Positions 1 through 12,649 of a stretch of 64,000 nt of DNA are shown in pieces (within the stretch, counting starts at the first letter, position 1; every line of letters begins with the position of its first letter). The position numbers were made by a program, and so were the translations under genes. Under the pieces are notes generated by a model. The model was given only the letters and a program-made list of their open reading frames with translations, made no database searches and was not told the origin of the DNA. The DNA is from Intoshia linei. Lineage: Eukaryota > Animalia > Orthonectida. Location: the NCBI GenBank assembly GCA_001642005.1, contig LWCA01000047.1, positions 3,643 through 67,642 on the forward strand, in the 5' to 3' direction.

Positions 1-51
1 GTTATTGCTACACTGCAATGTAACAGTGCATGGTTAAATAACTATTTTTAG

Positions 52-1837
52 GGAGGGATCCAAACAAATGTAATACCATCTTGTTTTCAGATGAGTAATA
101 ACTATAAAATGAATATTAATTTTTTTTTTATTAGGTGTTGATATTCGTGTAACACCGGATGATGATGATAAAATTGATACTTTGATAAAGAAGTGGGAGA
201 ATAAATATTCACAAACCAAATTCAAATATGTGGTGATTATCTATCATATATATAATTATTCACCTGTACATTAGAGTGTTTTTTTGAATTTCAAAAACTA
301 TTTTTGCATACCATCTACATTTTGTATAAGTAGGAGCATACCACAAAGAAATTTTCAAAATATAAAAATTTCCCTGCCCCGGTCAGGGTAAAATTTCTTT
401 TTTTTCATAATCTGATTTTTTTGTTTTCAAATGTATTTTTTTATGATAACCTGTATTAGTTCTTGCTTAGAATCTTCATTTACTGTATTAAAATTTTAGT
501 AGTTTTCAATTTATGCCTATTAGGGCTGTTCGTTTTTTACTAAAAATGATTTTTATTGAAAACAACCTATACCACGCTGAAGAGGGTACTTAAAAACCCC
601 TAGAAAATATATTTTTAGAAAAAATTATCGTTAAAACATTTAGCCTTTTTTCTTTTTACGGTTTTCGCGTGCAATTTGTATATTTCTTAATTAACATCAA
701 AATTAATTTTTTTAATTGGATATGGTTAATATAGAACCCATTAATACATATACAGTCAAGCACCGTTAGTAGAGAATAAAAATAAACTAGTCTTTATCTA
801 CTAGCTAAAAATTATATACCGTTAGTAGAAATTTTTTTTTTTTTTAGTCTAACGGATTTTGGTATACTATACTAACATGTTACATTTTATTAAAAATATA
901 CAATTTTAAATTTCTGATTAATTATTGAAATTAATGACTATTATCTACATTTTATTTATAAATTCTGAAGAACCTATTTCAATGTACAATTTACTAAGGA
1001 TTGGTTTAGCAACCCATAGTTTTTGCTATATGATCAGTGATCATATATTTACGTTTTTATATTATGATAGTTTGTATAACAGAATTTTTAAATTGTATTA
1101 TTTCATTGATTCTACGATTATTAAAATTAAGAGGGGTTACATGGTGTGCGTTTTAAATGAGTTAATTATTTTTTTTATTATAATAAAGTAATAATAATTA
1201 TTATACAAAAATATTTCATTTAATTTTTAAATAGACTTCTGGGACATCCAAATGCACAAATTTAAAAGAAGGAAGTTTAACTAGCATGTTTATATCCGTT
1301 TTAAAAAAAAGGTGATTTATTTAATATTTAATGATACATATGAGAAGTGTAATTATAATTAAATATGTATAATCATGACTACTGGGTTCGAGAAAAATAA
1401 AGATAGAATTTATTATCTTATTATAATTATAATAGATTTGTCGTTTTAATATATTTCCGTGTTCTGATTATCCGAGAATCAGAAATTCTGATTTGTTTTG
1501 TTCTATGATAAAGCTGTTATTATGTAGAGTTATATAAATATTAAATTTAATTAAATTGAAAATTTTAATTAGAAATATGAAATACAGTGAATTGATATTC
1601 ACTGGAGCAACAGACGCTAGATTCCTAAGAGAGGTTAATTTTAAGAGATTATTATTAATATAATAATGATTATTTTTATTTAAAACTTAGATGAATATTC
1701 CAGTTATTGGATTTTCTCCAATGATAAATACACCAGTTCTATTGCACGATAACGATGAAAATTTGAACTTGAATGTTTTTAAAAGTGGAATTGATATTTA
1801 TGCCGATATTATAAAATCTCTAATTCAAATATCTTAA
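52..1837 (+). CDS. ACY1: Aminoacylase-1 (M20A family), 3' part; 5' end lies outside the window
   Basis: Hand-spliced GT-AG exons 52-94, 135-232, 1235-1311, 1573-1633 and 1691-1837 read in frame as GGIQTNVIP..VDIRVTP..IFTGATDARFLRE-MNIPVIGFSPMINTPVLLHDNDENL..GIDIYADII, ending in TAA 1835-1837. These match the ACY1 motifs GGxxxNVIP, ATDxR and GFSPMxxTPVLLHDxDE. Confidence 0.9.
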
Positions 1838-2386
1838 TTATGAAAACTTAATACAATGTAGTAATAAATATTAATCAAATTTGGTATTTTAAAATTGATT
1901 AATTTAAAAAGTAATCCAATCAACTTTGACCAAATATTTATATTTTGTTTTTTCAATTACATTATTTTAAACATTTAAACTATTTTCTTATAAATATACA
2001 TATTAATATATACATATAAAATATATCTTATAATATGTAATAGTTTTCAGACATAATGAAAGCTAATGCTTCATTAACAGACGACTGTCATAGAAAATTT
2101 GCAAATTTATGTATCATTTATTATTTACTATATTACGATTGTAATACATTTTAATTAATTTGAAATAAAATGTTTGATTACGAAATTTCAATCGATAAAT
2201 TTTCAACTTAGTTGAAAATAAGGACGGAACCACCGAAACCTAATTATAGTTATTAAAAACATTTAAAAATTTTTAATTTCAATATACAGAGGCAGCAATT
2301 GAATTTCTAAAGAATTATGCAAATGAATTGGATCTACACGTTAATGTGTACGATGTATTAACTCATTGTAGTCTTTTACATAATAA

Positions 2387-3000
2387 CTAGCTTGCCAGTT
2401 TTTTACTACGTACAAACAGCACCTAGCTCTGCAGAGGGCACTCTTTTATTATACCAAAAAAATAAATTCATGTTAAAAATCTAACTTAAAAATCCTACTA
2501 TTCACTATTATTAATCCTTTAAAGGAGTGGTTCCCAAATTTGTTTCAGGTGGAACCATCATATCACATTACTTTTTACTTTAAAGTGAATTATTCCATCT
2601 TAATTTTGTTTTGTTAACTTTTGCGTAAAGAATTTTAAAAACAATTATTATCCCATTTTTTTAATTTATTAGACAGAATTTGTGTATAATTTGGTGTTTT
2701 GGCCCAAAAATATAATTTTTTTATATTTAAATTTATGATAATGTTTATGATTTTAAAATCCGCATCAGCGTATATATTTTTTTAAATTCTCCAACTCGTT
2801 TGATTTTCAAAAAGAGGGACAACAGGGGTTTTTGACCCTTAAGATGTGAAATTTGAAGGTTGAAATATATCTTAATATACGTCCCGGAAAAAACTGTTAT
2901 TGCAATGTGGTCTTTAAAAAATTCTAAGAGTGCTAGTTATTTCAATAAAGTAGGACACACACACCAACAAAAATCGCGTCGCATATTATATAAGTTAGGA
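2387..3000 (-). mobile_element. Non-autonomous Helitron, complete 614-bp reference copy
   Basis: On the minus strand it begins TC (A|TCCTAACTTATATAATATG) and ends CTAG|T, between A and T with no TSD. It has a subterminal hairpin a few nt from CTAG (family consensus CTGTTATGTAC-TTC-GTACAAACAG) and a (CA)n tract near the 5' end. Confidence 0.8.
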
Positions 3001-4156
3001 TGACTACTTTTTACTGTTACTTGATGAATAAATATAAATATTGTATAATTTTATATAGCTACAAAATAAAAAACCAACTTTGATAATGACGTTAATAGGA
3101 AATAACAATGAAAAATCGATATTATTAAATTCTCACATGGATGTAGTACCTGTAGAAGATGTAATGATAATAAAAATACCAATTTAATCAAAATAATACC
3201 GTATTAAATACTTGTTGATTGTTTCATTATAAAAATTATAATTCTTTAAATTGCGCCATTTAAAAAAACATCTGAAACAGGTAATAGTGTATAATTCACA
3301 TTGTAACATGGCTGATTTAAAATTCGGTATTTTAAAAAAAGTTATTTATGTAAAATTTTCAGAAATAAAATTTTAGAAATATTAGACATATCCTCCTTTT
3401 GAAGCCAAAGTAGTAAATAATATAATGTATGCAAGAGGAATACAAGTTTTTCTAAAAATTAATTGATCTTAAAATTTATTTAGGACATGAAATCTATCGA
3501 ATTACAGTAATATTTAAACAGATTTTATAATTTTAGTATTTCCATTCTTGTTATAGCCGTGAATAAAAAAATTACAAATTAAATTAATTAAAATTCATAA
3601 AAAATGGTATTTCAGATTGAAAAATAATTGTTTGACGAACGGAGACGTGATTACGTTAAACATTACCCAAATAAATGTAATTTAATTTAATTAATTAAAA
3701 TATTATTATTAGCAATATTAATTATTAAAATGTTAACAGTATTATAATACTGTCACTTTAATTATTTTATTGAATTTTGTATGTGTGTTAACTGGATATT
3801 ACTGTATCAGCTGTAATTTTTTTAAAAATTCTAGAATTATTTTCATTTTTAAAAAAAAGTAATCTGAGGTTTTAATCGTGAAAATTCACTTTTTTCAGTT
3901 AGGCAGTTATGGTAATATTTATAATTTTAAAAACTATCCCACAATGTATGTTGTATAACATTCTAGGACTTTTTTTATTGATTTACACCCGTGTAACTTT
4001 GTGATTTGTTTTTTGAAATTTTTTTGACATTAATGATAAATTTACAATTTAGTATAAAATATTTAGATATTTCTGAAACTAAAAAATATAAATAAAAATT
4101 TAAGCCGGACTTTTTATCATTATATTAAAAAATAAAATTATAGATGTGATTTATAG

Positions 4157-4720
4157 CAGGCATTCTCAACCCTTTTTCGCTGTGGACCCCCAAAAAAAAT
4201 TAATAATAATTACAATTTTTAATAAATCATTACATTTGGGTAAAACGAATGATGGTAAAATGAGATGGAGTACTCTAGTTTTTCGAGATGATAAAGTTGA
4301 TTAATATTAAACAAATGTTTACATTTTAATACTAACATTATATTATATTTAATTAATGAGATCGTTGGCATTGACTTTTTTTACAAGTAGTTATATATCA
4401 GGTTATAAATTTGATAAAGCTAGCCTTATATCTGCTCCTTCTTTCTATTCTATTTCTATTTAATCTATTTTCTATTTTCTATTTAATTTATATTTAATCT
4501 ATTCCTTCTTTTTGATAATAAAACTACGTAACTAAATTCACATTCAACTAAATACGTTGATGGGAAGACAATAAAATAAAATCGTGCAACTTTCCATAGT
4601 TCCGGATAATTTTGTGGAAAGTTATATCAAATAAATCAGTTAAATATATAATATGTAATACATGTATATAATTTTCATGGACCCCTAAAAAAGTGCTGTG
4701 GACCCCGTTGAGAATGGCTG
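4157..4720. mobile_element. hAT-type MITE
   Basis: TIRs CAGGCATTCTCAAC / GTTGAGAATGGCTG; perfect 8-bp TSD ATTTATAG at 4149-4156 and 4721-4728; subterminal TGGACCCC repeats. Confidence 0.85.
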
Positions 4721-5311
4721 ATTTATAGGATATTACTCATACTACACGGCCATGTATTTTATCAATTTCTAAAATTCGACTAAAAAGTTAACGCTCTAGT
4801 AAACATATCGTTAAATTTTTACCTGTAATTTTAAAAAAAATTTCTTATTAATAATAATATAATAAAAATAATTATTAATAATAAGTTATTATACTACGTT
4901 TTTTCGACACTGATGTAGAATAAATAAATTGTATTAATATGCCTTGTTTTTCGAATTTTTTTTATTTTAATGTTTTTGATAATTTTTTAACAGCATTTTT
5001 GGAAATATTTAACTTAAGCTTAAAAAAATCTAATTACCGGTAATAAGAATGTCGGTAAAATTGAAACACTGATGGATTCGCAAAGTAGAACAATGAAGAT
5101 GCCGACATAATCCGATTTTTTCTACCCGCATTCAACTTAAAGAATAAATTTTTGTTAAAATTGGTATTATAAATGATTCATGAATCATGACAAGTATCTT
5201 CTTGAATGATAAGCATATTAATTACAATTTTTTGAAATATTAAATCGGTTCGCCCGTACCTGTCCGTGGGCGGTAATTATGGTCAATTTTAATGGCTATG
5301 AAACTAAGGTA

Positions 5312-5496
5312 TAGTAAAACCTCACTTAACGAACTCTCGCTTTAACAAACAAATCAAAATAAATACAATTAAATAAGAAAATGCCAGAAAATTAATTTCT
5401 CAAATAAAGTTAAATAAAGTAGGTAATGTAAATAAGACTCTCGCTTAACGAACAAAAACTTGGAACGAATTAGTTCATTAAACTGAGGTATTACTG
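5312..5496. mobile_element. pogo/Tigger (Tc1-mariner superfamily)-type MITE
   Basis: Ends TAGTAAAACCTCACTTAACGAAC / GTTCATTAAACTGAGGTATTACTG, flanked by TA on both sides. Confidence 0.6.
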
Positions 5497-7324
5497 TATA
5501 TATTATTTGCATAACCTTTGCATTTCAATATTCATAGACAATGTAGTAACATTGTAGTTCAAAGGTTTTAGTATGCAGCTAATATTAATATATAGTTGTT
5601 GATATAATGACTACTCCATCAGAAAATGAAAATGTAGAAAGGTTAATAGAAAAGTGAAAAATTTATATTCTCAAGTGAATATGACAATTAAAGTAATTAA
5701 CTTAAATTTAACCTCACAATTATTATCGTTAAAATTTTAATATAGTCAGTGAATAGGTTTTTATATACTAATACTATATTATTAATTATTATCTGATTTG
5801 AATTCTTAATTAATATACTATTACTGTTAAAAAAATTATTTTAGAGGTCTGGTACAACAAAATATACTAATCTAAACGGAACAAATTTATCTCAAAATTT
5901 TTGTCTGTATTTGATGAAAAGTAATGTTATAGTTATTTTATGGATATATTCAAATTTATTTAAATAAATACAATAATTTATAGTAATACACGTCGTATAG
6001 ATTTATATAATTATTGTCGTATGCCGAAACAGTAATCAATAAACAGCCAATACAAATATTTATAAACCACGCTCCTCAAATTTTTAGACATGCGATCCTC
6101 GGTTTTATAAATTTATTTTTAAGGACCCTGTAAAAATATAATGAAAGGTTATTATACAATTACATAATGTGTAAGAATAATACAAGAATTAAATATTTTA
6201 TCGATATTTTTTCACCTACTCCTTATGATATTTTATTATCATTATTATGCGAATAAAAATCCAATTAAAATAATTATTTATAATCAGATCAAATTACCTT
6301 CCCTGCCCCATCAAAATTTGGTATGCCCGACTAAATTTCCACTGTCACACCAAAAATGTTCCAATCGTTACATTGCTCACCGAGATGAATCTTTCGAGAA
6401 AAACTGTTCTAAAATATATAATGATTTTTAGAAAAATAAAATATAAGAAACTAATATTTACGGGAGCCACCGATGCAAGATTTTTGAGATAAGTATAATA
6501 TATATATATATTATTTTCTCTCTGCTTCGACAATTTTGGTACTTGACATAGTTTTAGCATATACGAGAATTTGACTAAATAGAGAAATGAAACCAAATAA
6601 ACCACAAATAATGCCATTAATTTTACATACATTGTCGTCCTGTAACTAACTAACTTAGAAACTAAACTTTTCCGAAAAATTTATGGAGATTGAAGGATGG
6701 TAAATTGTAGACAGAATATATTATATTTTTTTATGTTTATTTATAAATTTTAAGATGGATATTCCAGTGATTGGTTTTTCTCCAATGATAAATACACCGG
6801 TTTTGCTACATGATAACATTAAATGCTTGAATTTAGATGTGTATAAGAATGGTATCAATATATATGCTAATATTTTAAAATCTCTAACATTAATCAATGA
6901 ATTTTGAAGTTAGCGGCGATATGAGTTAATTCAATGTTTTTATTATTAAACATTTTTTTGTGTGTACTATTATAATTATAAATTCAATATACATTGATTT
7001 AATATATTCTATTAATATGATAACTTAAAGGTCCATATTTACCATTTTTCAGAATTTGATGTTTTTGACATGCTCTAATACTTAAAAATAATAATTCCCA
7101 GATAATATAAATATATAATTGCATATGCAGTTCATGAATGTGAGAGTGTTAATAATTATACTTTGTAAAAGTTTTATTTGAAATTTATTAAAATCAATAT
7201 TAATCATATTTATATTCATGTTTAATTGAATAATTACGCATATGTGATATATGCATTTGATTTTGTTGAGAATTGGATTGAGTGGAATGGACAATATTTG
7301 AAGGCAAATTATTCAACTCTAACT

Positions 7325-10300
7325 CTAATTAAAAGTATTTTTTTTGTGGATTTGATATTGTTGATTTTTTAAATTATTATTTTCATTTTCATACATGTGA
7401 TTGTTTTTCATGTTTTGATTTGGAGTTGTTGAATATTTATATTTGGATATGTTGTATTTATACGTAAAGTATTGATTATTTATTTTTTTTTCAATTCCGC
7501 TTTTTATTTTTGAAATATTCAAATCACAAACATTTTCAATTTTTTTAGGAATACCCTTAATCTTTTCTACGGGTGATTGACGTTTTTGTTTCATTCTTCT
7601 ATTCTAGATTGATAAGTCAAATTAAAATAATAATACATTTTGTAATGTATACACCAGAATTTCCGACATTTTTTTAAAGACATTTATTTACATTTGTGTT
7701 AGTTTTTAATTGATAAATCAGCATGTAATCTTAAAATAATCAAAAATAAACGTACTATTAAAAACACATTTTTTAAAATTTTTTCTTTATTAATGTTTTT
7801 TACCGTATGAAAATTCAAATAAATTAAATTATGAGTCTTATTGGTAATTAATAAAAATAATAATCATAAATTACTTGAAACCAAACTTTAACTTGTCGTT
7901 CTGTTAGTCGTAATGATGAGGCTATTTCAATGCGCCGTGGGCGGCAAAGGTATTTATTGTAGTGAAATTCTTTTTCCAATTCAACTAATTGAACATTTGT
8001 ATAAGCTGTGCGTTGTCGTTTACTTATATCATTGAGTGATTTGTAAAAATCTATATAATATACAATTGTAATACAAAAAATATCTATAATTTTGCATATA
8101 CATAAATATATGTCATAAATATATAATCAAACAAATTTAAAGTAAAAAATCAAAGTTCCTTTATATAATAATATTAATAACAGAATAGAGTACTCGTTGT
8201 AATATATCACATCCTCCAAAATTTGGACAATTTTTAGTTGAAACGGTTAATAATATTCAAAATGTATATAGTATATATAAAATATATAATATAGTGTATA
8301 TATTAACTGTATATTATCGAGGAATAAGTTTAATATATTAGTATAATAAGTTTGATCAACCCTGGACTACAATTATACTATGATATATGATTATAATTAT
8401 ATATTATAATGATTATTAATACCTTCTGGTGTCTCGTTTTTGTTAATGCATGGCTGTTGATCTAAATGTAATACATTATAATGTACGAGGTTGACTGTTA
8501 TGTACTACATACAAACAGTACCTACCTCTGCCGAGGGCACATTTTTATTATACCAAAAAAATAAATTCACGTTGAAAATCTAATTTAAAAATCCTAATAT
8601 TAACTATTATCAATCCTTTCAACAAGTGGTTCCCAAATTTGTTTCAGGTGGAACCATCATATCACATCACTTTTTACTTTAAACTCAATTATTCCATCTT
8701 AATTTTTTGTCTGTTAACATTTGCGTGTAGAATTTTAAAAACAATTGTTATCCCATTTTTTTAATTTATTAGACAGAATGTGTGTATAATATTAAAAATA
8801 AAGTAAAAACAGTCCAATCCTAAAAATTGTCATAAATAGCATAAATTCCAAAAAAATAAAATTAGTCCAATACTAAAAATTGTCATAAAGGTGTGAGTTT
8901 TGGAAATTGAAATTTATATTATTATATGTAAAAATTGTCATAAATTCCAGAAATAATATAATTATAAAAACATATTTTGTGATTTTCAATGTGATGATAT
9001 ATATTCAGTACCAATTTAATAAATACATAAAAATACCAATTATGTATCAATAATTAACGGAATCTTCACTTTACAAATAAATTTCAAGCGAATTTTACCA
9101 ATATTGCAAAGGATTGTAATAAATATAAAAATGATAATAACAAAGTTGTATTACTTTTAGTTTTGTTGTAGTTTAAATTTGAAACAAAATGTTTTGAAAA
9201 TGAGAAATGGAAATTTAAAGATTGCATAGCAATGAAAAAAACCGCGAAGGAATGAATTATATAGATTTTCACTTATATTTCTTTATTGGAAATGTGTAGA
9301 CGTTCAATGCACATTTTTTTTGAAATTGTAGATTTACATTTTCATTTTTGATTTTTAATTGATTTATTGAAAAATATTGATTGATAATATATTAAAAATT
9401 ATTTTTCACCTGAAGATTTATGATAATGTTTATGATTTTAAAACCTATCCCATAAGTTATGTTGCATACAATTTAGGACTAGGAATTTTATCATTTTTAT
9501 TAAAAAGGGTCATTTGTGGTTTTGGCCGTGAGAATATAAGATTTAGAAATTGAAATCTATCATAATAGTTATGATTTAAAAATCTTTATTATAATGTGTA
9601 TTTTTTAGAATTCTGGGACTCTTTTGAATTTTAAAAAAAGGATAAATGGGGTTATAGACCTTGAAGGACTCAATTTCTGAAAATCAAATTTAAGATAAAA
9701 CATCACCCTCGAAAACCTGCATTAGAAATGGCTATTCTTAAAACTTTACTTCTCTTACTTTCATAAATAAACTGGAACAAACAAATAAATAAACAGACAT
9801 ACATTTTTAACTAAATTACTTTATAAGTAAAAATTAACCGTTATATATTTAAAATTTTTTTTATTATTGAATGTTAACCCTAGTATAACATAATCTGTTC
9901 ATTATTTTTTCAGAGAGCCGTGCATTTATGGATTATTAAACTAATTAACATGAACAAATTGTACCGTCGATATATTATATACAAAGTCGTATTATTAAAA
10001 ACATTTTAACGAAAAATTGAATGAGGTCCATGTATATTTAAAACTTAAGTTAGGATTCCTAACTTATATAAACTCTTGGTTTGTTTTTCTGTCTGTCAGT
10101 GTGTTATCTTTTAGTTTAATAACTAAGATTTCTAGAGTATTAAAAAAACACAAATTCCATTTCAGATTTTCCGAAGGAGAAAGTAAGATAAATTTTAATC
10201 TTCCCTGTCAAAAACTCTAATTATCCTTTTTTTAAAAACAAACGAGTCCTAGAACTAAACAAAATATACACTTTGATATAGATATTTAAAATCATGAGCA

Positions 10301-11350
10301 TTATCATAAATTTCAATTTCAAAAATTAATCTATCTATTCAACCACATTCCAAACATCTTTTTCTAGTTAAAAAATACATTTCCGCCCTCATCAGAGCTA
10401 TATGCCGTTTCTATGAAGTACAAAACAGACAAGTTAGTATACTATAAAAATTGTTAACACTTATACTTATACATTTCCGTTATAAAGTATGTATTTCATT
10501 ATGACACATTCATATATACCAGCGATTTCCAAATGGCGAGTACTGGGGACCCTAAGTGGTACCAAAAATTATTTTGGGGTACCAGCTCGTCTGATACTAT
10601 GATAGATATTATTATAGACTCATAAATTATAGATATTTATTAAATTCCCAAAAATAATAGAATATAAAAATTAATTTGAAATAATATACTTAGTTCCTTA
10701 TGTATTTACATCTATTTGATAGTCTCTGCGATTTTAAGGTTGCATATTAAATATATGTACGTCAATATTTCGTCAGTTCAATTATTAAAGATTTTTCAGA
10801 TATCAATTTTGGGTCAAGTAGAGTATTAACAATTTTAAATTTTTAAAACAATTTGTTTTTCAGTTTAGGCGTACCAACTGTGAAGTATGTTGGTAATTTA
10901 TAAACGGTTCAGATGTAAATTTTATAGATTGAAACATACTATTTTTGAATCATAGTAAAAGATTGTGACGTAAATGTGAGTTTACAACATTTGTGCATAT
11001 GCATTGTAGGATTCTTAATTTATATTTTAATTTTAGTATTTTAATATCAATAATACATGATTTTTTAAATTCGACCATAAAAATCATAATCGAAATAGTG
11101 ACTATTGTAATCATTACTATTAAAATGTATTACTTTGTGTAACATCATCTCTTTTAAAGAAATCATTACATTTTTTAATCCATTGAAATTGATTAGTATT
11201 ATTTTGAATTTTGATTTGAAAATATTTAGAATGGTTATCCTGTTTTCCTTTTTTTTCATCGTCAACATTATTTTCAATATTAAAATTTACATTTTCCGGA
11301 ATAAGATCTTTTAAACATGGTTGACTGCTAATGTATCCGGATTCGTTCAT
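7325..11350 (-). CDS. Hox2: Hox paralogy group 2 (proboscipedia-like) homeodomain transcription factor
   Basis: Four phase-consistent exons: 11350-11134, 8461-8423, 8050-7875, 7603-7325. N-terminus [13 protein letters not shown] resembles the Hox2 ExGFINSQPS motif; hexapeptide-like QFQWIK. Homeodomain [60 protein letters not shown] has PG2 residues N10, K24, V45, V47 and KRQ57-59. Confidence 0.88.
8486..9832 (-). mobile_element. Non-autonomous Helitron, long copy in Hox2 intron 1
   Basis: Same hairpin end and body as 2387-3000; the first ~330 bp are nearly identical to 14272-14605. The 5' end is degenerate and its position approximate. Confidence 0.7.
10057..10437 (+). mobile_element. Non-autonomous Helitron, short copy in Hox2 intron 1
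   Basis: Starts TCCTAACTTATATA, has a (CTGT)n tract, and ends with the degenerate hairpin plus CAAGTTAG|T. Confidence 0.65.
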
Positions 11351-12649
11351 TATATTTTTGTTATATTTAAATAATAAATTATATTATTTATACTTTGATT
11401 CAAATTTAAATGTAAAACATTTATCAAATAAAATTGTGAAAAAAATCATACAAGTGTAAATGAACCAGTTTTTTAAATTTAATAAATTTTAATATATAGG
11501 CGTATTATTAATATATACAAATTTTTTCTCAATAAATTTAATCACACCAATTGTTGCATTTGTTTACAAAAATGGCTACAATTTTATAATTTAATTGACT
11601 AAAATGACACTCGTATGCAAATGGAATCAATTGTACTCAATTTAATACACTAGATTCCAATAAAAACGTTTTGGGTGTTGTAAAGTTATTTATGATTCAT
11701 ATAACTGACAATTTTATTATCATGTTTTGTTTTTATATAATTAATTTTAAATTAAATGTGTTTTAAAATTTGTTTAATTTTAGATTTAATTAAAATGCTC
11801 ATTTGTATATGTGCAAATACTTATAATTTATAATTTTCATTGTAATAAATCCTTAAATATATAAATTTAATTAAAATTTATCAATTTTCAATAATAAATG
11901 TACCGTGTATGCAATACAACGAAACGTATAGTATAGTATGCAACGAAATAACGTTGAATGTAACTAAATTAAACCAAAATTCTGTAACACTCCAAACTAA
12001 TCCCATTATAATGATTATTCATCAAATAATTAATACTCGATTTTTTATAGATAATATAATGCCGTATAGAATTAATGGTTCCCATCCATCTATACAAGTT
12101 TATCCCAAAGTTTTATTATTAATCAACTACAGTATAACCAAACATCTCTTAGAATGCCAAAAATATGAAAAATATAAAATACCCGCATAAATAATATGAT
12201 AAATACCAATGAAATAATTAATTAATAAACATAATAATTGAATATGGACAGATTGTTGCACGAGGCAATATGTCAATATGTCAATATTCAAGTAAAAATG
12301 ATTAATGATCTCTGAGATTTGACATCATATATCAAAATTAAACGTCAAATAAACAAATATTTACTGAAACGAGTTCATTGATCGAGTATATTAGCGTTTC
12401 TTTTAGTTTATTTGAATAAATGTTATTTTAATCCGATAAAAATGGCGTAGATTGAGACAATTTTTAATTGTTTTTATTACTATACGTACTTCCGGATTTT
12501 AAATTAATTGGAGTTTAAAATTTTTATTTTATAATGATACAATTGTATACATTTTTAGGTGTACTATAACTTTTAAAAATTAATAATCCTCCAACAATGA
12601 GTTATTTTATTAATTTATTTAAGATTAATTTGCACCTATTCATCGTGAA

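Larger units (their letters stand above)
2170..6907 (+). pseudogene. ACY1: Tandem ACY1 paralogue, disabled
   Basis: Exon remnants: F.T*LKIRTEPPKPNY (2170-2248), AAIEFLKNYA, SILLNSHMDVVPV (~3059-3160), KY*TYPPFEAK..MYARGIQ/DMKSI (3377-3506), GDVITLNITQI (~3616-3676), VDIMTTP..IEK* (~5596-5690), IPVIGFSPMINTPVLLHDNIK (6755-6907). In-frame stops are TAG 2209-2211, TAG 3383-3385 and TGA 5655-5657. Frameshifts are present, and I found no exons for the central DEE/DEG metal-binding region. Confidence 0.85.

Noticed and set aside
2209-5657. Stop-codon reassignment or readthrough suggested by in-frame TAG/TGA in the second ACY1 copy
   Set aside because: TAG replaces Tyr at one site and Trp at another, frameshifts and missing exons co-occur, and intact genes here use TAG, TGA and TAA as stops with no internal ones.
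925-12190. Short I/F/K/N/Y-rich ORFs in the track (e.g. 925-1191, 6345-6632, 7082-7294, 11909-12190)
   Set aside because: Composition simply mirrors AT-rich intronic or TE DNA, with no motifs or consistent splice context.
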